From a virus (taxonomy: Duplodnaviria > Caudoviricetes): 64,000 bases of DNA. The notes under the pieces were generated by a model. The model saw only the letters and a program-made list of their open reading frames with translations. It was not told the origin of the DNA and made no database searches. The stretch lies in IMG/VR virus record IMGVR_UViG_3300021964_009400. One strand, 5' to 3'. Position numbers and translations under genes: made by a program. Within the stretch, counting starts at the first letter, position 1, and the number at the start of each line of letters is the position of its first letter. Positions 19,312 through 27,568 of the stretch are shown in pieces.

Positions 19312-20538
19312 ATGGCACAAATTGTTAAACTGAAAAGAACCTCGGTATCGGGTAAGATACCTTCTACATCCAATCTTCAACTAGGAGAATTGGCAGTAAA
19401 TACCTATGATGGTAGAGTTTTTTTAGAAAAAGACAGTGGCACTCCTTCGATTCAAGAATTCCTAACTACAAATACAGAACACCCAATAACAGGTTCAGTT
19501 ACCTTAAATGGTGATATATCAGCAACAAACATAACTCTTTCAGGCAATCTAACAGTTGAAGGTACAACAACAACAATAGATTCAACTAACCTTAATATAG
19601 GTGATAATATCATAGAACTTAACTATGGTGGTACTGCTACAACAAGTGGTATTATTACAAAAGATGCAACTGGTGGTTCAACAACAAGTGGTTCTTTACT
19701 TTGGGATGCAACAAACGATTATTGGAAATTAGGAAAATTAGGTTCAGAATCAGAAGTAATAACAATTTCTAATTTAATAACAAACTTACCAAGTGGTACA
19801 GTTAGTGGAAGTTCACAAATTACCATAACTGAATCACAAATTTCAGATTTAGACCATTACACAGATACAGATGTTAAAACCAAATTAGATACAGAACTTG
19901 TATTGAGTGGTAGTAACATAGATGGAATAACTGTTAGCGGTTCATTTAGTGGTTCTTTCCAAGGAGATGGTTCTAATTTAACAGGAATTACAGTAGAACA
20001 AGCAGCAACAGTAACAGATACTTTTACAAATGTATCTTCTAAAGTAGTAACTCACAACTTTGGTACTAAAAATGTAATTGTAACTGTATATGATGAAAAT
20101 GATGGTTATTTTATACCAAATTCAATCGTAACAACAAATGATAATCAAGTAACCGTAACATTTGCATCAACTGAAAGTGGTAGAGTAGTAGTTGCAAAAG
20201 GTGGGCACGTTGTACAAGGTGTTGCATCAGATGCAAACTTATTAGATGGCGAAGATGGAACTTATTACTTAGATTATGATAATTTTACAAATATTCCAAG
20301 TGGAATCGTTAGTGGTTCATCACAAATTACAGATTTAACTACTCACAAAGAAACAGTTAGTGGAGCATCTTCATATGTAGTAGACCACAACTTAAACGAA
20401 CAATATCCAATAGTACAATGTTGGAATACTTCAACTTCACAACAAGAACAAGCAGAATCAGTAACAACAAATTCAGTAAATAGAGTAACTGTAACTTTTT
20501 CTAGTACTTTTACAGGTTTAATCATTGTAAAAAAATAA
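19312..20538 (+). CDS. Fibre-associated protein, paralog of 15910..16557
   Basis: MAQIVKLKRT..GELAVNTYDGRVFL; shares the GSLLWDATNDYWK module with 11599 and 16611, and VTHN..VVAKGGH with 15910. Confidence 0.7.
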   Translation: MAQIVKLKRTSVSGKIPSTSNLQLGELAVNTYDGRVFLEKDSGTPSIQEFLTTNTEHPITGSVTLNGDISATNITLSGNLTVEGTTTTIDSTNLNIGDNIIELNYGGTATTSGIITKDATGGSTTSGSLLWDATNDYWKLGKLGSESEVITISNLITNLPSGTVSGSSQITITESQISDLDHYTDTDVKTKLDTELVLSGSNIDGITVSGSFSGSFQGDGSNLTGITVEQAATVTDTFTNVSSKVVTHNFGTKNVIVTVYDENDGYFIPNSIVTTNDNQVTVTFASTESGRVVVAKGGHVVQGVASDANLLDGEDGTYYLDYDNFTNIPSGIVSGSSQITDLTTHKETVSGASSYVVDHNLNEQYPIVQCWNTSTSQQEQAESVTTNSVNRVTVTFSSTFTGLIIVKK

Positions 20539-20542
20539 ATTT

Positions 20543-21541
20543 ATGGTATATGATGTGTATTATACTACTGGTGGTGGACCTTGGGTAAACGCTGGAACTG
20601 ATACTTGGGTAAATCTATGGATGGAATTGGTTGCACCTAAATTAGATGTAAAACCAATTCTTTTAATTCATAGAAACAAACCCAAAGGTCATGAAGATTA
20701 TCAATTTCCAATTGAAGCCCATTGGCATGGTGATGATATAGAGTTCGCAGAAAATCTTTGTAAAAATGCTAGAAGAATTAATATACTTCATGGACATTAT
20801 ACTCCAATGAAAGTAATTGAAGATAATAAAGATAAAATTCATTCAAATGTTTTACATAATTCAGTAAATCATATTATAAAATCTCAAATGGGTGATGATT
20901 CAAGTTTTGTTTGGCATCCTTATTTAGATTCAAGTTGGGAAAAAAGAATTAATAAATTGGCAACACATTCTATATGGATAGGTTTGTATGATATAATATA
21001 TGAAAATAAAAACATTACTAATTTTTATGAGTTTAAAAAAAATCTTCCTCTTAGTAAATCAAATAAACTTGGATTTGCTGCAAGATGTGAGGGAAGAAAA
21101 AATCCAAGGTATGTAGATGAAATTCCATCTTATATATTTACCAATTCAAAAGAATTTAATGTTATTTGGAAACAAGGAGTAAAGGTAGATACATCAAAAT
21201 CTAAAGTTTATCATTATAAATCAGAATTTAAAGATACATTTTATAATATGGATTGGGGAATATCTCATTCATGTTTTAACAATGAACCATTTGGTTATGG
21301 AATATTTGAAGCCGTAGATTATGGTAAAATACCTATAATTTATACAAATTGGTGTAAAGATTTAGATTATCCTTACAGAGCATCATCTAAAAAAGAATTT
21401 AAAGATATTTATATAAGGTTATGTAATGTCTCTTATGAGGAAAGAAATAAATGGTTTAATAAAATTAAATCTTTTATGATAGATAAATTTTCTAACAAAG
21501 AACAATGGATAAGAGAGTTACTTAATATTTATAATATATAG
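20543..21541 (+). CDS. Glycosyltransferase, GT-B fold (GT4-like)
   Basis: GFAARCEGRKN and NEPFGYGIFEAVDYGKIPI match the E-x-F-G-x4-E-A donor-binding motif. Confidence 0.75.
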   Translation: MVYDVYYTTGGGPWVNAGTDTWVNLWMELVAPKLDVKPILLIHRNKPKGHEDYQFPIEAHWHGDDIEFAENLCKNARRINILHGHYTPMKVIEDNKDKIHSNVLHNSVNHIIKSQMGDDSSFVWHPYLDSSWEKRINKLATHSIWIGLYDIIYENKNITNFYEFKKNLPLSKSNKLGFAARCEGRKNPRYVDEIPSYIFTNSKEFNVIWKQGVKVDTSKSKVYHYKSEFKDTFYNMDWGISHSCFNNEPFGYGIFEAVDYGKIPIIYTNWCKDLDYPYRASSKKEFKDIYIRLCNVSYEERNKWFNKIKSFMIDKFSNKEQWIRELLNIYNI

Positions 21542-21551
21542 GAATTCATAT

Positions 21552-22868
21552 ATGGCAACATTTTCATCAGGCGATACGCTAAGTTTAAAAAATCTAGGTA
21601 CTGCGGTAAGAACAACCGATACAGGTAGTGGAATATCATTAAATGCACTTAATGCAAGTGCAGGAACAATAGTTTCAATGTCAGGTTATGGTATTGATTC
21701 AGTAGATTCAATTACAGGCTTTACTTATGCAGTAGAATCTACAACAGAAACTTATACACTAGGATTTAGTGGAGAAGGAAATAAATTTTCTACCTTAAAA
21801 AGTAAAGGAGGAAATTTTATATGGTCTGTATCACCAAGTTATAATTCAGCAGGAGACAGTGCAGGATGGTTATCATTAGAGGCAGCTGCAGGATATCAAA
21901 ATGATATTACAATTGGGGCTATGAACCCACAAGGTGCTAGTTCACAAACTTCACTAATGGGTGCACAATCACATACTCTTTCTGTAACTTATGCAGATAC
22001 TTATAATGACCATGCAACTAATTATAATACTGCTAGAAACAAAACTGTTTATTCAGTAGATTCTTATGATGGAAATTCAGCGGCACTATGTTTAACTATT
22101 GATTCACCAGTAACTCTTGCAGATGGAACAATTGTAGAAGTAGGAGATTTAGAAGAAGGGGATTTACTACAAGGATATTCTATCACAGGTTTAGGTACTG
22201 ATGAATCAAATTTCCTAGAATGGTCAACTGATACATTAGGAACAGTAGCAAAAGATGTAACACTTGTTGGTATTACATATTCATTTGCTAACAAATATTA
22301 CGATATTAACGATGGTGAGGTAACTGCAACATCAGAACACCCAATGTTAGTAAAAGATGGAAATGATGGTGAATATAGATTTAAAGAGATGTTTAATATC
22401 AATACTAACGATAAATTGATTAGAGATGTTTCTGGTACAATTACTGAAATTGATATTACTTCAATAGAGGTAGTTGAAAAAACAGTTGAGATTGTATCTA
22501 TTGATGTTGAACAAGATGATACTTACTTAGTAAATGGATATATAACTCACAACAAAGGTGGAAATTCTCATTCTGATGAAACTGCACCAAGTGCACCAAC
22601 TTCATTAGCTTGGACAAATGGTACATTAACTCTTTCATGGAGTGGTGATGGTTCAAATGATGTGTATGATGTACAAATAGATAACAACTCAGATTTTAGT
22701 TCACCACTTGTAGATGAAACACAATGGTCTGAAACAACAGTAGTAACAACAACTGATGGGGGTGCGTTTGATATTGGAACTGGTACACGATATGCAAGAG
22801 TAAGACAATATGGAACTAATGGTTTACTAAGTTCTTATAGTTCAACACTTACATTTACAGTATCGTAA
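21552..22868 (+). CDS. Virion protein with an internal Hint (intein-like) domain and a C-terminal FN3-like domain
   Basis: Hint from C180 (CLTIDSPVTLADG, nt 22089) through TSEHP to ITHN334 (nt 22553); then APSAPTSL..LSWSG..YDVQID..YARVR. Confidence 0.85.
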   Translation: MATFSSGDTLSLKNLGTAVRTTDTGSGISLNALNASAGTIVSMSGYGIDSVDSITGFTYAVESTTETYTLGFSGEGNKFSTLKSKGGNFIWSVSPSYNSAGDSAGWLSLEAAAGYQNDITIGAMNPQGASSQTSLMGAQSHTLSVTYADTYNDHATNYNTARNKTVYSVDSYDGNSAALCLTIDSPVTLADGTIVEVGDLEEGDLLQGYSITGLGTDESNFLEWSTDTLGTVAKDVTLVGITYSFANKYYDINDGEVTATSEHPMLVKDGNDGEYRFKEMFNINTNDKLIRDVSGTITEIDITSIEVVEKTVEIVSIDVEQDDTYLVNGYITHNKGGNSHSDETAPSAPTSLAWTNGTLTLSWSGDGSNDVYDVQIDNNSDFSSPLVDETQWSETTVVTTTDGGAFDIGTGTRYARVRQYGTNGLLSSYSSTLTFTVS

Positions 22869-22932
22869 TTTATGTTTTCAAAAAAACTATATATTTATAT
22901 ATAGTAATAAAAATTAACTAAAATATATCAAA

Positions 22933-23238
22933 ATGGCAGAATCAATAAAGTTTACAGAAGAAGAAGTTTCACAGATAAATCAGTTAAGACAAGATGTTGC
23001 TGAAGTGTTTACGAAACTTGGTCAAGTACAAATTGAAAAGAAAAAAAGAATAGAAGAAATTTCAAATGTTGAAAACAAACTATTACAAAAACATTCAAGT
23101 TTAGTACAATTAGAACAAGATATTTTTAAAGGTTTAAATGAGAAATATGGTGATGGTAATTATGACCCAACTACAAACACATTTATACCAGAAGAAAAAA
23201 CAAATGAAGAAACTATTTCTGAAGATACTAAAAAATAA
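22933..23238 (+). CDS. Small coiled-coil protein
   Basis: 101 aa, helical E/K/Q-rich; preceded by the late-type motif. Confidence 0.7.
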   Translation: MAESIKFTEEEVSQINQLRQDVAEVFTKLGQVQIEKKKRIEEISNVENKLLQKHSSLVQLEQDIFKGLNEKYGDGNYDPTTNTFIPEEKTNEETISEDTKK

Positions 23239-23256
23239 TCTTTCGAAAAAGTTGTT

Positions 23257-23266
23257 TATACTTATA
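23257..23266 (+). promoter_or_regulatory. Putative late promoter motif (representative copy before the sheath gene)
   Basis: TATACTTATA; consensus (T/A)ATA(T/C)TTAT(A/T) also at 8691, 11507, 11561, 16578, 21524, 22890, 25658, 26261, 27290, 36055, 40482, 41128, 42336, 44544, 51344. Confidence 0.65.
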
Positions 23267-23310
23267 TAAGAGTATTATTATACAAAAATCATAACAAGGA
23301 GTAATATAAA

Positions 23311-25635
23311 ATGGCAGAAAAAATTGTATCACCTGGTGTATTTACGAGAGAAAATGACCTTTCTTTCTTATCACAAGGAATTGGTGAAATCGGAGCAGCA
23401 ATAATTGGACCTTTCCATAAAGGACCTGCTTTCGTACCAACCGTTGTTAATACACAATCAGAATTTGAAGAAATATTTGGTGTTCCTAATGGAGATTACT
23501 ATACAGGATATACCGTACAAAACTACTTAAGAGAAGCTGGAACTGTAACTATTGTTCGTGTTGGTAATTTAGGTGGTTATACACAAACAGTTCCACTTGG
23601 TATTCAAGCAGGTGGAAAGATAGTTGGAACACTATTCGAAACTCATAATGGAAAAGGAACACTTGGAGGCTCAACTGCAACAAGTGCTTCTGCAGCAGCA
23701 AATGAATTGAATATTGATTTAACTGGTTCAGCAGTAGCTATATCAGCATCTATTGACCCATCAGCTGGAAATGATTTAGAAAGTGTATTTGGAAGTAACC
23801 CAAGAGGAAGTAAAGATGCATATGTTTATAATTACTTCGAAAGTACTGCGGCAAGTGCTTCAGCAGCAACACATGATGATATCCAAATTGTAGAACTAAG
23901 TGATAATGTTTTTTCAAACGATTGTCAATTCGCTTCCACTCCTTACATACAATCACAATTGATTTCTGGTGAAAGACATGACTTATTTAAATTCCACACT
24001 TTAGGTGATGGTACTAACTATAATAAAGAATACAAAATTGGTATTTTTAACGTAAAAGCAGCAGGTTCATCAAATGCTACTGATTATGCAACATTTTCAG
24101 TTGCAATCAGAAAGTATGGTGATATTAATAAAAGACCAAATGTACTAGAAACATTTAATAATTTAAATCTAGACCCTGCATCTCCAAACTACATTAAAAA
24201 AGTAATTGGTGATAGAAATGTAACAATAGATTCAAATGGTAAACAAACAGAAAATGGAGATTACCCAAATTACTCAAGTTATGTAAGAGTAGAATGTGCT
24301 GATGAAGGTTCATTCCCAATTACTGCAGCACCTTTCGGACATGGAGCTTATAGTAATCCAATTTTCCTTGGAAGTGATGAATCTAGAGTACCTGCAGTAA
24401 TATTTGCGACAGGTTCAGAAAACAACACATCATCTAATTCAGTACAATATAGTGGTATTGATTTAGAAACTGCACAAGTTAAAATTAATAATAACAATTA
24501 TCTAGCTCCAATCCCAAGTAGTGCAACTACTGGTGGAAACACTGCTTTCTCATTCGATGCAGCATTTACTGCAATCTCTGAATCAGTAGTTGGAACTCAT
24601 AACTTTGGATATACAATATCTACATCAGATACTTCAGCAGATATTAACAAGAGACAGTTTATCGTTGGATTCCAAAGTGGATTCGATGGTAGTAACCCAA
24701 CAATCAAAGGAGCTAAATATGGTGATTCTGATTGGGGTGATGGAAACTCACAAGGATTTAACTTAGGTGGTACAACTACTAGTGGTTCAGTTGCTTATGT
24801 AAAAGCAATCAACGCAGTATCTAATCCAGATGATTTCGATATCAACTTAGTATCTGTACCTGGTATTGTTAGACATCATCATCCTTATGTATTCGATAAA
24901 GTAACTGACATGGTAGAAGCTAGAGAAGATGCATTCTTTATCGGTGATGTTGTTGATGGTGACCATACTATCTCACAAGCAGTTACACAAGGTTCTGCAG
25001 TAGATTCTAACTATGTAGGTACATACTACCCATGGGTTAAAACAATCGACAGAAACACAAATAAATTAACTTCAGTCCCACCATCAGTATTGATGCCAGG
25101 AATATATGCAGCGAATGATGCTATTGCAGCTGAATGGTTTGCACCTGCAGGTTTAAACAGAGGTGGTATTGTAGGAGCGGTATCTGTACTAAACAGATTG
25201 ACACATGCAGAGAGAGATACACTATATGAAGGAAAGATTAACCCAATCGCACAATTCCCTGGCGAAGGAATTGTTGCTTTCGGACAAAAAACTTTACAAG
25301 ATAAAGCTTCAGCATTAGATAGAATTAATGTAAGAAGATTAATGATTAAAGTTAAGAAGTATATAGCATCTACATCAAGATATTTAGTATTTGAACAAAA
25401 TACTTCACAAACAAGAAGTAGATTCTTAAACACAGTAAATCCTTATTTAGAAGGAATACAACAAAGACAAGGATTGTATGCATTTAGAGTGGTGATGGAT
25501 GAAAGTAATAACACACCAGATGTAATCGACAGAAATATATTGGCTGGACAGATTTTCCTACAACCAACAAAAACTGCTGAATTCATCGTGTTAGATTTCA
25601 ACATATTACCGACTGGAGCATCATTTACGGCATAA
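23311..25635 (+). CDS. Contractile tail sheath protein (T4 gp18-like)
   Basis: VSPGVFTRENDLS N-terminus; WFAPAGLNRG, RDTLYEGKINPI, LDRINVRRL, IFLQPTKTAEFIVLDF C-terminal sheath motifs. Confidence 0.95.
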   Translation: MAEKIVSPGVFTRENDLSFLSQGIGEIGAAIIGPFHKGPAFVPTVVNTQSEFEEIFGVPNGDYYTGYTVQNYLREAGTVTIVRVGNLGGYTQTVPLGIQAGGKIVGTLFETHNGKGTLGGSTATSASAAANELNIDLTGSAVAISASIDPSAGNDLESVFGSNPRGSKDAYVYNYFESTAASASAATHDDIQIVELSDNVFSNDCQFASTPYIQSQLISGERHDLFKFHTLGDGTNYNKEYKIGIFNVKAAGSSNATDYATFSVAIRKYGDINKRPNVLETFNNLNLDPASPNYIKKVIGDRNVTIDSNGKQTENGDYPNYSSYVRVECADEGSFPITAAPFGHGAYSNPIFLGSDESRVPAVIFATGSENNTSSNSVQYSGIDLETAQVKINNNNYLAPIPSSATTGGNTAFSFDAAFTAISESVVGTHNFGYTISTSDTSADINKRQFIVGFQSGFDGSNPTIKGAKYGDSDWGDGNSQGFNLGGTTTSGSVAYVKAINAVSNPDDFDINLVSVPGIVRHHHPYVFDKVTDMVEAREDAFFIGDVVDGDHTISQAVTQGSAVDSNYVGTYYPWVKTIDRNTNKLTSVPPSVLMPGIYAANDAIAAEWFAPAGLNRGGIVGAVSVLNRLTHAERDTLYEGKINPIAQFPGEGIVAFGQKTLQDKASALDRINVRRLMIKVKKYIASTSRYLVFEQNTSQTRSRFLNTVNPYLEGIQQRQGLYAFRVVMDESNNTPDVIDRNILAGQIFLQPTKTAEFIVLDFNILPTGASFTA

Positions 25636-25687
25636 ATTAACAAAAATAAAAGGAAACTATATTTATTAGTATAATAGGAGAAAAAAA

Positions 25688-26179
25688 ATGGCAGAAGTAT
25701 TAGAATTTAACCAGATGTTTTATACCAACTTCGAACCGAAGATGAAGAATAGATTCATCATGGAAATCGATGGCATCCCTTCATATCTTATAAAAACAGC
25801 TAACAGACCTTCAATTCAGTTTGAAACGATAACTCTTGACCACATTAATGTTAAGAGAAAGCTAAAAGGTAAAGGTGAATGGCAAGATGTAGAGATTACT
25901 CTATATGACCCAATCGTTCCAAGTGGTGCACAAGCAGTAATGGAATGGGTGAGAACTTCTCATGAATCTATCACAGGTAGAGATGGATATGCAGATTTCT
26001 ATAAAAAAGATATTCAATGTTATCTATTAGGTCCTGTTGGTGATAAAATCGAACAATGGACTCTTAAAGGTGCATTTATCAACAATGCAGTGTTTAATGA
26101 TTTAGATTGGTCAAATACAACTGATCCAGTTGAAATTACTCTAACATTATCTTACGATTACGCAATTTTAGAATACTAA
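25688..26179 (+). CDS. Tail tube protein (T4 gp19-like)
   Basis: 163 aa directly after the sheath; NRF.MEI, W.DVEITLYDPI, W.LKGAF, LDWS..PVEITLTLSYDYA. Confidence 0.9.
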   Translation: MAEVLEFNQMFYTNFEPKMKNRFIMEIDGIPSYLIKTANRPSIQFETITLDHINVKRKLKGKGEWQDVEITLYDPIVPSGAQAVMEWVRTSHESITGRDGYADFYKKDIQCYLLGPVGDKIEQWTLKGAFINNAVFNDLDWSNTTDPVEITLTLSYDYAILEY

Positions 26180-26202
26180 TATTAATATAATATTTATTAA
26201 GG

Positions 26203-26230
26203 AAAAAGTTCTCTTAGTGAGAACTTTTTT
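26203..26230 (+). terminator. Intrinsic (possibly bidirectional) terminator
   Basis: AAAAAGTTCTC-TTAGT-GAGAACTTTTT perfect 11-bp stem after the tube gene. Confidence 0.85.
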
Positions 26231-26293
26231 TATGTCTATATTTCAACTTTTTAAAAAGTATATATTTATATAAAAACAATTAAAGTTAAGTTT

Positions 26294-27061
26294 ATGGCAA
26301 AATATGAATTTCCAACCGAAATTATAGACCTTCCATCAAAAGGTAAGGTTTACTCACCCGAAAGCCCATTATCAAAGGGTACGATAGAAATTAAGTATAT
26401 GACAGCTCGTGAAGAGGATATACTTGCTTCTCAAAATTTGATAAGAAAGGGGGTGGTTTTAGATAAGTTGTTCGAATCTGTTGTAGTCGAAGAAGGTGTA
26501 GATATCAATGATATATGTATTGGTGATAAAAATGCAATATTACTCGCAACTAGAATATTAGGATATGGTCCTCAATATAGTGTTGAAATAACAGACCCGT
26601 TTACTGATGAATTGCAAAAAACAAATATAGATTTATCTAAAATTCAAATAAAGGAGGTGGATGAATCTCTTTTAAATTCAGAAAATAAGTATGAATTTGA
26701 ATTACCCACTGCTAAAAAGAAAATCATTTTCAAATTATTAACACACAAAGATGAAAAGGATATACAAGCTGAAATATTAGCATTACAAAGATTAAGTAAA
26801 GATAAAGATAGTGTATCAGCTGATGTAAGTACTCGTTTAAGATATATGATACAAGAGGTGGATGGTAATAGTGATAGAGGGTTTATTAATAACTTTGTAA
26901 AAAATAACTTATTAGCAAGAGATACTAGAGCTTTTAGAACCTATGTTTCTACGATATCTCCAGATTTAGATTTGAAATTTAATTTCACATCTGATATCAC
27001 AGGTGACACGGAGGCACTTGATATACCTTTAGGTGCCGGGTTTTTTTACCCTTCCGAGTGA
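26294..27061 (+). CDS. Tail/baseplate-hub assembly chaperone (gp26/gp51-like)
   Basis: IDLPSKG..Y, MTAREEDIL.S, RLRYMIQEVDG, SPDLDL; ends GAGFFYPSE between tube and tape measure. Confidence 0.75.
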   Translation: MAKYEFPTEIIDLPSKGKVYSPESPLSKGTIEIKYMTAREEDILASQNLIRKGVVLDKLFESVVVEEGVDINDICIGDKNAILLATRILGYGPQYSVEITDPFTDELQKTNIDLSKIQIKEVDESLLNSENKYEFELPTAKKKIIFKLLTHKDEKDIQAEILALQRLSKDKDSVSADVSTRLRYMIQEVDGNSDRGFINNFVKNNLLARDTRAFRTYVSTISPDLDLKFNFTSDITGDTEALDIPLGAGFFYPSE

Positions 27062-27269
27062 TTACTCAATTCAACTTCATAACCAAATTTGGGAAATGGT
27101 TAACTATGGTAATGGATTTACTTGGAAAGAAGTATATACCATGCCAATACATTGGAGAGGTTTCTATTTTAAAAAATTAGTTGAGGCTAAAAAGAAAGAA
27201 AAAGAAGAATACGATAAAGTTAGTAAAAAAGGTGGTTCGAGAGGACCAAATGTAAGAGTGAGGAAATAA
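27033..27269 (+). CDS. Overlapping +1-frame ORF, likely C-terminal extension of the chaperone by frameshift
   Basis: The only start is a GTG inside the upstream gene with no suitably spaced RBS; the overlap spans GGGTTTTTTT. Confidence 0.65.
   Translation: MPGFFTLPSDYSIQLHNQIWEMVNYGNGFTWKEVYTMPIHWRGFYFKKLVEAKKKEKEEYDKVSKKGGSRGPNVRVRK
27038..27047 (+). other. Candidate programmed ribosomal frameshift site GGG TTT TTT T
   Basis: Frame 0 GGG TTT TTT TAC; frame +1 GGT TTT TTT ACC, so Phe-tRNAs can re-pair after the shift. Confidence 0.6.
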
Positions 27270-27285
27270 TCCTCACTTTTTTTTT
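27257..27285 (+). terminator. Intrinsic terminator
   Basis: AGTGAGGA-AATAA-TCCTCACT followed by a T-run. Confidence 0.85.
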
Positions 27286-27324
27286 ACCCTATATTTATAT
27301 TAGTATAACTACATAGGAGAAATA

Positions 27325-27555
27325 ATGTCAAAAAAGAAATTAAACGAGTTGAATATGGTTTCTAGATTTATTGGAGATGTCTTTGATAATTTAAAAGATG
27401 GGACAGCCGATAGATTTATTAGAAAACTAAAATCAAAAAAATTCCCTAAAGATATTGTAAATCATTTAGAAAAACTAAAAAAAGATAGTGATGAATTTGA
27501 AAAAAAATTAAAAGCTTTTCAAAAAGATTATGGTCGTAACCCTAACATAAAATAA
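27325..27555 (+). CDS. Small basic hypothetical protein
   Basis: 76 aa; late motif at 27290 and AGGAG at 27315. Confidence 0.7.
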   Translation: MSKKKLNELNMVSRFIGDVFDNLKDGTADRFIRKLKSKKFPKDIVNHLEKLKKDSDEFEKKLKAFQKDYGRNPNIK

Positions 27556-27568
27556 TCAAATTTAGATT

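Noticed and set aside
8829-20538. Diversity-generating retroelement acting on the fibres
   Set aside because: No reverse transcriptase in the window and no TR/VR pair differing only at adenines was seen; the shared blocks differ at all bases
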